Notes: generated by a model from the sequence alone, not told the origin. DNA of 64,000 bases from Chiloscyllium plagiosum (GCF_004010195.1 NC_057759.1:2907269-2971268); one strand, 5' to 3'. Shown: positions 1 to 13,272, counted from the stretch's first letter. Made by a program: numbers and translations.

Positions 1-11
1 GTTCTACCATC

Positions 12-410
12 CTAGGAATCACATGGGGAAATCTTCCCTGCAGTCCCTCCATAGTCAGAACATTCTTCCTCAGATAAGGAGACCCCAAACTGCGCACACA
101 GTACTCCAGAATGTGGTCTCACCCTGTGCAAGTGCAGCAAGACAGCGCTGCTCCTGGTCTCGAATCCTCTCACTATGAAGGCCAACATTCCATTTACCTC
201 ATTTACCGCCTGTTGCTTCTGCAATGTTCACTTGCAGTGACTGGTGTATGAGGGGCACCTCACCTCACCCTTTCCCAAGCCATCACTATTCGGATTATAT
301 TTCACCACCCTGTTTTTGCTCTCAGTTGGGGAATCTCACGCTGATCCACAATAACCTGAATCTGTCGTGCATTGGTCCACTCATTCAACTTGTCCAAATC
401 ACACTGATGC
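12..410 (-). mobile_element. Degraded CR1 LINE ORF2 fragment
   Basis: Remnant 'NGMLAFIVRGFE...VLLHL..VRPH..CAQF' resembles the CR1 ORF2 C-terminus seen in better copies in this window. Confidence 0.7.
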
Positions 411-649
411 ATCTCTGCATTCTCCTTCTCAGCTCCCCATCCCTCCCAGCTTTGTGTCTGCCTTTAAACACAATGGAAAATAACCGGCAACACTTTCTCA
501 ATGGAATAGATTACTCACTGTTTCGCATTCTACTTCCAATGCCCAGAGACAAGTGAGTTTCAAAATTGGGGCAATATTAGTGTTGATGTTCCAGTTCCTT
601 TTCGTACTTTATTACAACATCAGTGACATTGACGTTAAATACTTGCCAG

Positions 650-1010
650 TCCGTTGTCATTTGCACCCAATTGGTAGCAGCAGTGTGTACCATCCACAAG
701 ATGCACTGTAGAAAGTCAGCAAACATCCTCAGACATCACCTTCCAAATTTACAGACAATTCCACCTAGAAGGACAAGGACAGCAGATGGGAAGACCAACC
801 CTTGTGAGCTCCTCTCTGAGCCACTCAACATCCTTTGGAAATACATCAGCCGTTCTTTCAGTGTCACTGCGTGAAAATGCTGGAATTCCCTCCCTAAGTG
901 AATTGTGAGTTAACCTTCAGAAGTTGGGCGTACAGTGGCTCAGGAGAGCAACTGGAGACAGGGCAACAAACACTGGGCCCAACCACGATGCTGCCGTCCC
1001 ATAAGTAAAT
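650..1010 (+). mobile_element. Degraded LINE 3' end (CR1/L2 group)
   Basis: 'VAAVCTIHKMHC' remnant; the 3' tail resembles the SacSINE1-type tail at 2625-2690. Confidence 0.55.
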
Positions 1011-1470
1011 GGAAACAAAATCAAAACTGCCTCCGTCTATTCTGTTCCAAAGAAAGCAAGCCGTGCTTATCCAGCCTCACTTCATCACTGAAATGCTCCA
1101 TCCCAGACAACATCCTGGTGAATCTCCTCTGCACCCCCCCAGTGTATCACTTCTGAGAGTGCAGAGGTTGGAATAGCACACAATGGGCTCACCAAAGTCC
1201 TGTCACACTCCAACATCACCTTCCTGCTTATATATCCATATGGCACACCACAGGAGCAGGCGGGACTTGAACCCTGCCCTTCTGGCTCAGAGGTAGGGAC
1301 AGTATCACTTTGCCGCCAGATTTCTAGCTTGCAGGCCTTGAACTGCTTGATGGTGATTCCCATTTTCCTCTGAGACTCACTGCTACTTGTACTCCAACTG
1401 ATCTCTCCTTCCCCTTCAGCTTCTTGCTCCCACTCGATTCCAATTTCATTCCAATATCATTCCATGGCAG

Positions 1471-1590
1471 GATTCGAAGACTGACCCCGATGATTATGGT
1501 ATCACATACGCCACACTGAACCTCAGTGAGCCCTCGCAGGATGAAGACGGAGGGGACAGAAATGTTTACATGAATATTCCGCGGAAGTAA
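1471..1590 (+). CDS. Terminal coding exon of ITIM-bearing IgSF receptor, paralog A (DSKTDPDDYGITYATLNLSEPSQDEDGGDRNVYMNIPRK*)
   Basis: Acceptor ...tccatggcag|GAT, phase 0, 39 codons then TAA. Contains ITIM consensus ITYATL and NVYMNI, both identical in the paralog at 21608-21727. Confidence 0.8.
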   Translation, partial: DSKTDPDDYGITYATLNLSEPSQDEDGGDRNVYMNIPRK

Positions 1591-2349
1591 GAAGCAAGAA
1601 GACAGGTTTGTTGGGGGGTTTTCGGTCGATCAGATACACCGTCTGGTGAAGTGATACAATGTACCTCCTGTGTACAGATAACTAACTTCTTAACTTTATG
1701 TTGGAAACCGTGTATCACAAGGCATTTTGACTCAACTCGTTTTCTTCCGGGGAAGCTACTTTCACGTCAGTGTGACCACCAATCTGTTCTGGACCTCGCT
1801 GGGATTTGAATTTACCAAATTATTTTGGCTGTTGGTTTTCTTTGGATATTTAATACCTACCTCTCCTTCGCTCTCATGTACATATCTGGGAATTAAGCTT
1901 TTCATTTGGTCCACGTTTAAAGGGAGAAATGGACAATCACATGTATGTCCCATTCTGAATAATTTAGAACAGAAATCATCAGACGGTTCTGACAGGTGAG
2001 AGATACTAAGACAGAAATCAGATAATTTTAGTGGTTACTTTTCAGGGTGGAAGTGTCCCGGAGCTTGCGGCTTGAACTCGCAACTTCTGGCCCCACAGAA
2101 AGAATGGACACTGAGCTGCAAACTACTGAAGATCCGGATGGGGGAAGACTGGCGGATAGGGAGTCTCCATGGAGAAGAGAACTCTCAACAATTCGATGCC
2201 GGATGCATCGGCCCAGCTTTGTGAGATTCCGTACTCCATTGTGTGAGTGTGTGGGATGTCTCTCGCTGCAGATGTTTGGGAAACGCCACGATGAAGGGGG
2301 CGGGGGTATCAGACACATCCAGAGTAGCAGACTTGAACTTGGAATGGGG

Positions 2350-2694
2350 AAGCGTTGGCCTGGGTGTGTTACCGGTGGACTGTTCATCCAGAGACCCCAG
2401 TAATATTCTGGGGACCCCGGTTTGAATCCCACCACGAAAGATGGTGAATTTTAAATTCAACAAAATTTTGGACTTTAAAGACTGACTGAGACTGCGAATC
2501 AATTGTCGGTAATACCCATCTGGTTCACTAATGTCCTTTAGGGAAGGAAACTGCCCTCCTTACCTGGTCAGGCCTACATGTGACTCTGGGCACACAGCAA
2601 TGTGATTGATTTGTAACTGCCCTCTGGGCAATTAGGGATAGGCAGTAAATGCTGACCTATCCAGTAATGCCCTCCTCCCAGGAATAAAAGAAAA
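2350..2694 (+). mobile_element. SacSINE1/DeuSINE-like tRNA-derived SINE
   Basis: tRNA-like head (ggtttgaatcccacc B-box), core cccatctggttcactaatgtcctttagggaaggaaa, LINE-like tail with A-rich end. Confidence 0.75.
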
Positions 2695-2877
2695 GTTGGC
2701 CTCTCAGTCCGGAGGTAGGGACACTGCCACGGTACCACATAAGGGCTCTGACTGATGTAAATACAGGCTTTGTTGATGATGTAATATTTTAACACCGCCC
2801 TCGTACTGATCTGATAACTGCTGTCCATCAAGAAAGGAGCAGTGCAGGTCTGATTACAAACCGATTAACACCATCAG

Positions 2878-3177
2878 GGCGGCACGGTGGCACAGTGGTT
2901 AGCACTGCTGCCTCGCAGCGCCAGCAACCCGGGTTCAATTCCTGCCTCGGGCAATTGTCTGTGTGGTGTTTGCACATTCTCCCCGTGTCTGTGTGGGTTT
3001 CCTCCGGGTGCTCCGGTTTCCTCCCACAGTCCAAAGATGTGCAGGTCAGGTGAATCGGCCATGTTAGGTAAGGGGTAAATGTAGGGGTATGGGTGGTTTG
3101 CGCTTCGGCGGGTCGGTGTGGACTTGTTGGGCCGAAGGGCCTGTTTCCACACTGTAAAGTAATCTAATCTAATCTAA
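2878..3177 (+). mobile_element. HE1-type (V-SINE) tRNA-derived SINE, full length
   Basis: A/B boxes (tggcacagtggttagc; gggttcaattcc), core tttgcacattctccccgtg, CR1-like tail ending in (AATCT)n. Confidence 0.9.
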
Positions 3178-3374
3178 ACAGTGTGAGGGCGGAAGGTTCT
3201 GGTCAATAGATGCAATTTCTCTTTCAATGGAACAGTAGGACTGTGTCGATGAATTGTTAAGCATTAGAGGGAGCAAAGACAGTGACTGAGTTACCGGTTT
3301 TTAATCACTGCAGTCCCTCATTCAGGTAAAGGATGTAGGGCATTGCTGGCAATGACAGATGCATGCTCCTAATC

Positions 3375-3956
3375 ATGGAGTCATAGAGTGATATAGCAGG
3401 GAAACAGGCACTTCAGCTTAACTCATCCATGCTGACCAGGGTTCCTAAGCTGAACCAGCCCCATTTTCGTGCACTTGACCAATATTTCTCGAAACCTTTG
3501 CTATCCATGTACCTGTCCTGTAGATGCTGGGTCCATATATGCAAAAACTACTGCATGAAAATTTGCCCCTCAGGTCTCTTTTAAATCTCTCTACTGTCAT
3601 CTAAAATCCATGCCCTCATTTCCACTTTCCTACCCTGGGATAAAGACCTTGACTATTCACTTTATGTATGCCCCTTATGATTGTATGAACCTCTATAGGG
3701 TCCACTCCTCAGACGCTGACCCTCCAGGGAAAAAAAATCGTCCCAGGTTCTCCAGCTTCCCCTTATCATTAAAACCCACGAACCTTGCTAACATCTTTGT
3801 AAAACTTTCCTGTACCCTTTCCAATTTAATAACAGCAGGGCGAGAGGAATTGTATGCAATACTCGAAACGTGGACTGGCCAATGTCTTGAACAGCCGTAA
3901 CATGACATCCCAACTCCAGTCCTCAATTCTCTTTTCCCAATCCATCGCCATTCGGA
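3375..3956 (-). mobile_element. CR1 LINE 3' fragment
   Basis: 'DVMLRLFKTLASPRFEYCIQF..LERVQ..FTKML' followed by CR1 3' UTR. Confidence 0.8.
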
Positions 3957-4588
3957 NNNNNNNNNNNNNNNNNNNNNNNNNNNNNNNNNNNNNNNNNNNN
4001 NNNNNNNNNNNNNNNNNNNNNNNNNNNNNNNNNNNNNNNNNNNNNNNNNNNNNNNNNNNNNNNNNNNNNNNNNNNNNNNNNNNNNNNNNNNNNNNNNNNN
4101 NNNNNNNNNNNNNNNNNNNNNNNNNNNNNNNNNNNNNNNNNNNNNNNNNNNNNNNNNNNNNNNNNNNNNNNNNNNNNNNNNNNNNNNNNNNNNNNNNNNN
4201 NNNNNNNNNNNNNNNNNNNNNNNNNNNNNNNNNNNNNNNNNNNNNNNNNNNNNNNNNNNNNNNNNNNNNNNNNNNNNNNNNNNNNNNNNNNNNNNNNNNN
4301 NNNNNNNNNNNNNNNNNNNNNNNNNNNNNNNNNNNNNNNNNNNNNNNNNNNNNNNNNNNNNNNNNNNNNNNNNNNNNNNNNNNNNNNNNNNNNNNNNNNN
4401 NNNNNNNNNNNNNNNNNNNNNNNNNNNNNNNNNNNNNNNNNNNNNNNNNNNNNNNNNNNNNNNNNNNNNNNNNNNNNNNNNNNNNNNNNNNNNNNNNNNN
4501 NNNNNNNNNNNNNNNNNNNNNNNNNNNNNNNNNNNNNNNNNNNNNNNNNNNNNNNNNNNNNNNNNNNNNNNNNNNNNNNNNNNNNNNN
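3957..4588. other. Assembly gap; other gaps at 8788-8928, 10609-10618, 15087-15586, 16327-16640, 36290-36773, 50526-50795, 55587-56086
   Basis: Runs of N. Confidence 1.
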
Positions 4589-6744
4589 CCCCCCTCACTC
4601 CATCGCTCTCCACCCCATGTCCCCTCAATCTCCCGCAACTCTATTCTTCTCCCCTATTTCTCCTCACTAACCATCCTCTGAACCTTGCCCCCCCCCCACT
4701 TAATTGCCCTCTCCCATTTCCTTACCTCTCATCTCTATCACCTTCCCATTTCTGTTGAGCCCCGCTCTACCCACTCCCGTTTCCCCTAAACCCCACTCTA
4801 TCCTCTATTTGTGTTCAGCACAGTAGCTCAATGGTTCGCACTGCTGCCGTACAGCGTCAGGGACCCGGATTGAACCTGTTGAATGTGGGATGGGAGGAGA
4901 TCAGGATGAAAGGGGCTATTCCTGCTCCTATTTGTGATGTGTCTATAAGTTGTTGCGGACAGGTGAGGTAACTTTACACAGAAATAATATTCCTGTTGCA
5001 CATCACCTTGACGTTGTGGCTGTGAAGGAGAGAATATGGGAATTCCGTTGGGTGGCGTGCACACACCCACAACACCCACCAGGTTAACCCGTGACTGGGA
5101 AGCAGATTGGTGACATTACCCACCGTCATTTCCACACCGAGCTGCCTCACATCACACGATGCCTTTAGAGGTCAGCTTAGCCCGGACGTCGGTCACATAT
5201 TTTCCAGCACGTCGGTTACTGTCAGGGGAGGAGCTCACTCAGATGTATCAAAGCAGAGATCGATCAGTCAAGATTGAAAGGTCACTCAAAACTGTCAGGG
5301 ACAGAGACATTGAGCTGAAGGGCCTCCTTCTATGCTTTCCCTTCTCTATTACTCCAAAGGCCAAATCCTTAGTAACCACGAGAATGTGGTCATCAACTCA
5401 ATTCAATTCATGTTAAAAAAGATCACTTTTTTTTAACATTCGCTCATGTGATGTGGGCAATACTGACTGGATTAGCGTTTATTTCCCCCCATTCCGAATT
5501 GCCCCAGAGGACAGTTAAGAGTCAATGGCAGGAAGTTGTAGAAATCGACAGCACAGAAAAAAAGTCCATCAGTACATCGTGTCTGTGCTGGTCACAAGTA
5601 ACCACCTCACTATTATCTAATCCCATTTCCCCAGCACTTGACACATAGCCTTGCAATCACGAGTGCACATCTACAAAACCTGATTCAAATTTATGAGGGT
5701 TTCGGCAAGGTGGGAGGGGAGAGATACAAAAGAGTCCTGTGGTGCAATTTTTCACACAAAGGGTGTTGAGTGTCTGGAGGTAGTGAAGGAAGCGAGTACA
5801 GTTTTGTAATTTCAGAAACATCTAAGCAGGTACATGGATAGGATTGGTATGGAAGGATACGGATCAAACACAAACACATGGGACTAGTTTTAATTGTGAA
5901 AACTGGGCGCCACTGATATGTTGGCCCAGATGGACTGTTTCCATACTGTAGAAATGTATGACACTTCACGCACACTACACACTCACACAAACGCTACCGT
6001 CTCACACACGCTGTCTCTCTCACACACAAACTCTGTCTCTCTCACTCACACACTTTTTCCTCTCTCCCACACCTTTCCTCTCACCCTCACACGCGTACAC
6101 ACGCACACACGCGACTTGCTGTGCAGTCAACAGTTAAACTGCCCAAGTACAGAAAACAAAGTAACAGCCAAATGGATAAGTTGCAAAGAATGTGATGAAC
6201 AGATTAGCAAAACTTTTAACAAGTCAACAGAAAAGGGAAGAGCAAATGTTTGTTTTAAACATAAATAGAAAAGGAGAATTGAATCGAGGCGGGGCAGATT
6301 AGGGACAGAAAGTGGGGACAGCTAATGCAGATTTGTGGTGAATGCTGATTTTACAGAGGGGAGGAAATAGATTATCTTGTTCCTCAGGGAGAAGATATTG
6401 CTCACTGCGTAGGATTAACATAAGAGCTGCCCACTGGAGATCCCAAATCATACCGTGACACTCTGCCATGCTGTCTGATGTTGTGGTACATGAGGAACAC
6501 CTTCAAAGGCACGGAGATTCTTTGAGGTCCTCAAGCAGTTGAGAAAACTAGTTTTTACGATCCAGATGTTGGTTGGTTTCCAGAGGCTGAAGCAACTTCT
6601 GACAAAGTTGAAAGACACTCCCATGGAGAATGTCCTTATCAGAGGGATCGGGAAGACATTGTCAGTGAACAACAGACAACAGCACTACTGCTCAGCTGGT
6701 CATAGGGAATGGTGGATAAGCAGCCTTTACGTCAGAGGGAATAG

Positions 6745-7340
6745 TGGATAAAGGTTCGGTAGTTTTGCTTAAAGACTATACTGGTCAGACTACAGCTGGG
6801 AGACTGAATAGTTTTGGGGATTCCTATCTGAAAGATAGACCTGGGCATTGGAGGCAATCCAGAGAGGTTTCACTCAGCTGATCCGGGGTATGGAGGGACT
6901 GTCTGACAAGGAAAGTTTGGGTAGATTGGGCCTGTCCTCATTGGAGCTTAGAAGAATGAGTGGTGACCTTATTGAAAGTTCTTACAGGGATTTGACAGGA
7001 GAGAGGTTGTTTTCCCTTGTGGGGGGGAGCATGGGACCAGAGGGGTATTATCTAAGAATAAGGAAGTAGTCGACGATTGAAGACAGAGATAAGGAGGAAT
7101 TTGTTCGTTTAGAAGGGATTGAATCTGTGAAATTCTTTTCCACAGAGGGCTGTCAAGGCTGGGTCTTTCAGGATATTCAAGGCTGCGATAGAGAGAGCTT
7201 TTTAATCAAAAAGGGAATCGAGGGTTATAGGGGAAAGGTGGCGAAGTGGAGTTGAGGTTGATCAGATCAGTCACAATCTCTTTGAAAGGCAGAACAGACT
7301 CGATGGGCTGAATGGCCTACTCCTAGTCCTATAGTTGTAT
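6745..7340 (+). mobile_element. CR1 LINE 3' fragment
   Basis: 'LEAIQRGFTQLIRGMEGLS..LGLSSLELRRMSGDLIE'. Confidence 0.8.
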
Positions 7341-8179
7341 GGATTTCATTCCCATAAGATGTAGTTACGTAATCCTGTGTTTCTATTCTGACAGAGTGAT
7401 GCAAAGTTATTTTGAAATGTGTCACCCCCGTCTTTCTTCTTTGCTGGAACAGCAGTGGACACACTTTCACCAGGAGTGTGAAACAAAGAATACACTTTTT
7501 CTCAGGTTCCAAAAGCAACATATTGCCGTATTCTCGAGATTTGAAACCAACATAGAGAGCACTGGAGAAACTCGGCAGCTCTGGTGGCATCTCTGAAGAG
7601 AGAGAGGGGGAGAGAAATCAGAGTTATCTAATCGTTTATAAAAGGTCTGCAACATTTGTGCAGAGAGAGAGAGAGAGAGAGAATTTCATTTTGAGTCTGT
7701 TGACTCATATCAATCCTCTTGCCTTGCTGGCAAGTGTTTCTGTCAGATAAGGAGCTCGCTGTCAACTGCTGAGGCTTACTTCCCTTTTCAGTTGCAGGCA
7801 GTCCATTAGACTTGTCTCTGGGTGGTTAGTATCAGTTCCTGTTCTCTCTAACCCAAGGTCATCCCACAGACGCCGCTAGAGTTTCCCTGTGACCCCACAG
7901 CTGATGATTCAGTGCTGCAGACCGATCTGCAGAAGCCAGAGCCTGATCTCCCCCTTTGGATTGTCTCCCTGGTTCCTGAGGTGGGAGATGTGGCGCTCAA
8001 TCCCTCCAGGTTCATGTACCCTTTGGAAAGGCTGTGCACACGTCAGACATGTTTGTTCAGCTTATTGATGGGAGAGAAAGGAGAGGGAAAACTGGAGGCA
8101 ATTCACTGTCTTTGAAGAATCAATTGGAGAGATTGATCCTGGTGAGAAGTCCTCCAGGGAATGAAATAAAAATGCCTGA

Positions 8180-8690
8180 GATGCGACAGGAAGGATGTTA
8201 TTAAACTGGAAAGGATGCAGAAAAGATTGACAAGGACTGGAGAATTTGAGTTGCGGGTAGAGGCTGGATAGACTGGGACTTCTTAACACTGGAGTGTAAG
8301 AGGCTGAGGGGTAATCTTTTAAAAGTTTCTAAGATCATGAGGGACATCGATAGGGTGACTAGCCAAAGCCTTTACCCCAGGGGAGGCGAGTGCAAAGCTA
8401 GAGGGCATAGGTTTAAGGTGAGCTGGGAAAGATTGATAAGGGATCTGAGGGGTACCTTGTTTCTCACAAATGGTCGTGCATTTTTGGAATGAGCTGCCAG
8501 AGGAAGTGATAGCGATAGCTGAAATTACACCATTTACAAGACATTTATACTGGATTGTATTGGATTGAATCAGACAGGTTGAGCAGGATAGGGCCCACTC
8601 GCAGGCAAATGGGGCTAGTTCAGTTTGGGAAACGTGGTCAGCATGGATGAGTTGGGCCGAAGAGTCTATTTCTGTGGTGTATGACTCTAT
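8180..8690 (+). mobile_element. CR1 LINE 3' fragment
   Basis: CR1 ORF2 C-terminal and 3' UTR signature ending tatgactctatg. Confidence 0.75.
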
Positions 8691-8928
8691 GTTTGCTGAG
8701 CTCCCTTTATTCGCCGCAGTTAAAGGGAGAAGATTGTGGGAAAAGGGGGAGGTGGAGAGAAACCAGTTTGTAACCCACTCAGGGAGANNNNNNNNNNNNN
8801 NNNNNNNNNNNNNNNNNNNNNNNNNNNNNNNNNNNNNNNNNNNNNNNNNNNNNNNNNNNNNNNNNNNNNNNNNNNNNNNNNNNNNNNNNNNNNNNNNNNN
8901 NNNNNNNNNNNNNNNNNNNNNNNNNNNN

Positions 8929-9063
8929 GGGAGAGAAAGAGCGTGGGGGCAGGATTGAGGGAGGGGAGAGAAAGAGTGTGGGGGCAGGATTGAGAGACAG
9001 AGAGAAAGAGTGTGGGGGCAGGATTGAGAGAGGGAGAGAAAGAGTGTGGGGGCAAGATTGAGA

Positions 9064-9095
<32 letters not shown>

Positions 9096-9180
9096 AGGAG
9101 AGAGAGAAAGAGTGACAGAGAAAGAGAGAGATAAAGAGAGAGAGAGATAGAAAGAGATAGATAGATTGATAAAGAGATAT
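8929..9180 (+). repeat. ~31-bp tandem repeat (gagagaaagagtgtgggggcaggattgag..) grading into (GA)n
   Basis: At least 4 visible units next to a gap; decayed counterpart at ~59310-59495. Confidence 0.85.
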
Positions 9181-10436
9181 CTGGCCCTGACTGCTTTCTG
9201 TGGCAGATAATTCTACAGGCTCCCCACTCTCTGGGTGAAATCATTTCTCCCCATCTCAGTGCTGCCCCATCGCCTTTAGACTGTGACCCCTTGATTCTGG
9301 TCATCTCCACCCAGTGATTGGGAACATCATTTAGTGTTGTCAGGTCCAGTCTGGATGTGTCGATGGGCCTCTCCTTTACTGTCAGAGTCTATTGCATTAA
9401 AGTGTACATTCCTTATAAGGTACTGTCTCCCAGATTTCTATATTGCCTATATCCAAAACTAAAAGGCATCACTTTAGGGTGAGAGGGCAAAGGGTTAAAA
9501 AATACATGAGGGGAGAACTTTTTCAACAGAGGATAGTACATATGAGGAACAAGCTGCTGGAGGAAGTGGTAGAGACAGATACAATTATGACATTTGAAAC
9601 CTATTTGGACAGAGACATGGAATAAAATGGTTTAGAGGGATACGGGCCAAACTGCAGGCAGATGAGACTACTTTAATTTGGGAAACCTGGTTGGCATGGA
9701 CAAGTTGGGCCTAAGGGTCTGTTTCTGTGCTGGATGATCCTATGACTTCATTGTGAGCAGATTGAACAGACATCTCCATTCAAAGAAGCTGTGTACCCAG
9801 GACCCTTCCCTTCCACTTTTCAGTTAAACTCTCCCACTTCCTCTCTATTCTCCTTTGTAAAGTACTGTGCAGTTCCATTCTGGCATTCTAGTCTCAGCTT
9901 TCGATTTGGACATCAGAGCTGTGGCGTCCCTGAAACAGACTGCATCATTTTCTCACGGGCTGTGGTGCTTCCAATGCAAAAGTATAAACTCAAGGTAAAA
10001 ACAAACGGTGTATCCCTTTGATAATCAGAAATGCTGCCCCAAAACCCGTGGCTGAAGGATTTCAAACAGCAGATTCCTCTTTTAGCGAATAAGACATGAT
10101 CGCACGGGTGGGTGCATCGTCTCACAGAGTTTAAAATCGATAATGAGAACTTTTGTAGGCAGGACGGCCAATTCTCTCTCGTTTCTTTTAACAGTAAGAA
10201 GGGTTTCACATCTGGAGGTACACGGTACATTTAAAATGTCACGTTGCACGATTTACATACAAAGGGAGAGAGATGTTTGGAACTCTGGCCAACAAACCAC
10301 AGTGGAGGCTGGATGAAATGTTGGTTTTCAATCTGAGAGAAATGCTGTTTGCAAAGGTATTAACAGGAGAGGGGCCAAAGGCATGTCTGTGTAGTTAGAC
10401 CACAGAGCAGCCATTGAATGGCAGATCACGCTTGAT

Positions 10437-10735
10437 GGTGTCACGTTGACTCGGTGGTTAGCACTGCTGTCTCACAGCTCCAGGGACGCGGGTTCAATCC
10501 CAGCCTTGGGCGATGGTCTGTGTGGAATTTGCACATTCTCCCCGTGTCTGAGTGGGTTTGCTCCTGGCGCTCCGGTTTCCTCCCACAACCCAAAGATGTG
10601 CAGGTTAGNNNNNNNNNNCCATGGGAAATGCAAGGTTACAGGAATAGGGTAGGGTGGTTGGTGTGCTTATGTTGTCCTTCAGAGGGTTGCAATGGACTTG
10701 ATGGGCCGAATGGCTTGCTTCTACACTGGATGGAT
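10437..10735 (+). mobile_element. HE1-type SINE
   Basis: Similar to 2878-3177; counterpart in the duplicate at 60784-61060. Confidence 0.85.
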
Positions 10736-12004
10736 TGTGTGTCCCTACGAATTCTCAGAGTTGAGGCTTTATTGTGTTTGCTATTGGCAATATCCCTCAG
10801 TACTCAGACATTGTGGAAATTCTCCACTTTTGTCCATGGAATGTCATAAATACATAAGGGTGAGAAACAAGGGGCCATTCTGCCCATTAGGAGCCTGCTC
10901 CCCCATTTCATACAATCGCAGCTGATTCCATCTCGGCCTCAACTCTATTTCCTGCCCTCGCTTCCTTTAACCTGTCACTGGTTAAAAATCAGTGTCCCTG
11001 TATTTCCCACAAACTCTGGGGAGGGAATAATTCCCACAGATTCCTGCACCCCCTTTGAGAGAACCCATTCCTCCCTATCTCTGTTCTCACTCTGTCCTAT
11101 CCCCTGCTCCTGAAACGATAACCTCTCGCTCTAGATTGTCGCACATGAGGAAACATCCTCTCTCCATCTCCTTTACCAATCTCCCCTTTAGCATCCTGTA
11201 TCTCTTAGATCTCCTCTCATTCGTCCAAACTCCAGCGGGTTTCGGCCCAAACTGCTCAATTACTCTTCCTAAGATAAATCTTTGGACTCAATCAGTACGT
11301 TTGGCTCCAGTGATGTTGGGATTGGGTGTGGGTGAAGGCTATTTGAATTATAATTCCGCTCGATCAGCTCCGATTCCTGCCTCAGGCAGAGGTTGGGTTT
11401 GGTGTAGCTTGGAAAGCTGCTTTGGAATGCCAACAGCGAGCATTCATTTCCACCACCAGCTGAGGTCACCAGGACGATTCTCCTTCTCAACCTCTCCCCT
11501 CGCCTGAGGAGTGGTGACTCCTCAGGTTAAAACACCATCCTGTCATCTCTCTTTAACGAGAGAACGCCCCTAATGATCTGGTTAGACTGTTCTGAGTTTA
11601 CAACGATCTGAAACGGCAATGTTCCAATGGCATGTTCCTTTTTAAACTTTAAAAAGCGACAGAAAGCTGTATTTTGTACCAGGTGTTACTGCGAATGTCG
11701 ATTCAATGACCATGACACTCCCCTGCCGTGGTAGAATAACCAGGGGGAGGGGGGAGAGAAAGAGCAATAGAGAGAGAGAGAGAGAAACAGAATTAACGCC
11801 ACAGCTCATAAACACAGAGAGTACCAGAGAAACCCAGCAGGTCTACCAGCATCTACGGAGAGAGAGGAACACATTTAACATTGCAGGTTAGAAACACAGA
11901 AATTACTGGAGGAACTCAGCAGGTCGAGCAACATCTGTGGAGAGAGAGAGAGAAACAGTTAGCATTACAGGTTATAAACACAGAAAATGCTGAAGAAACT
12001 CCGC

Positions 12005-12740
12005 CCTTTGAAATGGCTGAGCCAACCATTTAGTTGTATTCATCGCTCTGAAGTATCAACAATGAAATGAAATCAGACGGATCACCCAGTATCAACCTGG
12101 AAACAGGAAAAGACAATGGCAGATACAACCCTATCGACCCTGCAGAGAGCTCCTCACTAACATCTGGGGGCTAGTACTAGAACTGGGAGAGTCATCATTG
12201 TACTCACTTAATCATACCTTACAGACAATGTCCCAGACACCACCAGCACCATCCCTGGATATGTCCTGTCTCGCAGTGGGACACACCCAGCAGAGGTGGC
12301 TGCACAATGGGATACAGTCCGGAGGGAGTTACACGGCGAGTCCTCAACATTGACTCTGGACAACATGAGGTCTCATGGCTTCATGTTAAACATGGGCAAG
12401 GAAACCTCCTGCTGAATGCCACATATCATCCTCCCTCAGCTGATGAATCGGTATTCCTCCAGATAAACAACACTTTAAGGAATTTCTGAGGATGGCAAGG
12501 GCACAAAATCTAACTTGGGTGGAGGATTTCTGTGTCCACCACTACGAGTGGCTCGGCAGAAGCATTACTGATCGAACTGGTTGGGTCTTATAGACTGGGT
12601 CTGCAGCAGGTGGCGTGGGAACCAACAAGAGGGAATAACAACGTGACCTCATCCTTACCAACCTTCCAGTTGTAGATGCATCTGCCCCTGACCATATTGG
12701 TAAGAATGACCCCTGCACAGTCCTTGTGGAAATGGAGTCC
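12005..12740 (+). mobile_element. LINE APE endonuclease fragment (CR1/L2 group)
   Basis: Remnants 'TNIWGL', 'IPGY', 'HEVSWLHVKHGQGNLLLNATYHPPSADES', with frameshifts. Confidence 0.7.
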
Positions 12741-13272
12741 CATTGAAGATCATTTCTGCTTATGGGACCTGGGCATCACTGGCTGGGCACATCATTTATT
12801 GTTCCCTTCCCTGGTTGCCCCCTTGAGAAGGTGATGGGGAGCTGACTTCTTTAACCACCGCAGTCCACATGCTGTAGGTAGACCCACAATGCCCCAAAGA
12901 GGGAATTCCATGATTTTGAACCAGCAAAACTGAAACAGCAGCTGATGCATTTCCAAGTCAGGATGATGAGTGGCTCAGAGGGAATTTGCAGGTGATAGTG
13001 TTCCTATGTATCTGTATACTGTGTCCTTCTGGATGGAAGTTGCTATTGGTTTGGAAGATGCTGTCTCAGGATCTTGGGTGAATTTCTGCAGTACATGTCC
13101 TCAATGGTACACACTGTTGCTACTGAGTGTCAATGGAGGAGGGAATGGTACGGGATGGTGTCAGCAAAGAAGGGGAGTGGTTCCCTCTGAAGTGTCAATG
13201 CAACAACAGATTTATAAAGGCTTCTTGGTGGAAGAACAACTTTACAATGTGAAATCTTATGACTTTAGCCGA

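Larger units (their letters stand above)
1..5050. repeat. Left arm of inverted segmental duplication (partner 18448-23180); runs off the window edge
   Basis: Reverse complement of 1-110 matches 23071-23180. Colinear matches continue through unique and repeat sequence to ~5050 vs ~18453. Roughly 90% identity by eye. Confidence 0.95.
6112..13130. repeat. Direct segmental duplication, copy 1 (partner ~56188-63500)
   Basis: Same order of unique blocks, CR1 fragments, HE1 SINE and LINE endonuclease fragment in both copies; starts at gacttgctgtgcagtcaa. Confidence 0.9.

Noticed and set aside
1968..2340. ORF and splice-like sites shared by both inverted arms (2047-2403; 20825-21178)
   Set aside because: Open on both strands, many replacement changes, and the implied intron is only ~50 nt; explained by recent duplication of 3' flank.
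2878..2950. tRNA genes (also 2350-2435, 4820-4880, 20422-20470)
   Set aside because: tRNA-derived SINE heads or fragments; no complete cloverleaf could be supported.
3693..4681. Long ORFs spanning N runs (also near 8.7, 15, 16, 36, 50.5 and 55.5 kb)
   Set aside because: Artefacts of translating gaps.
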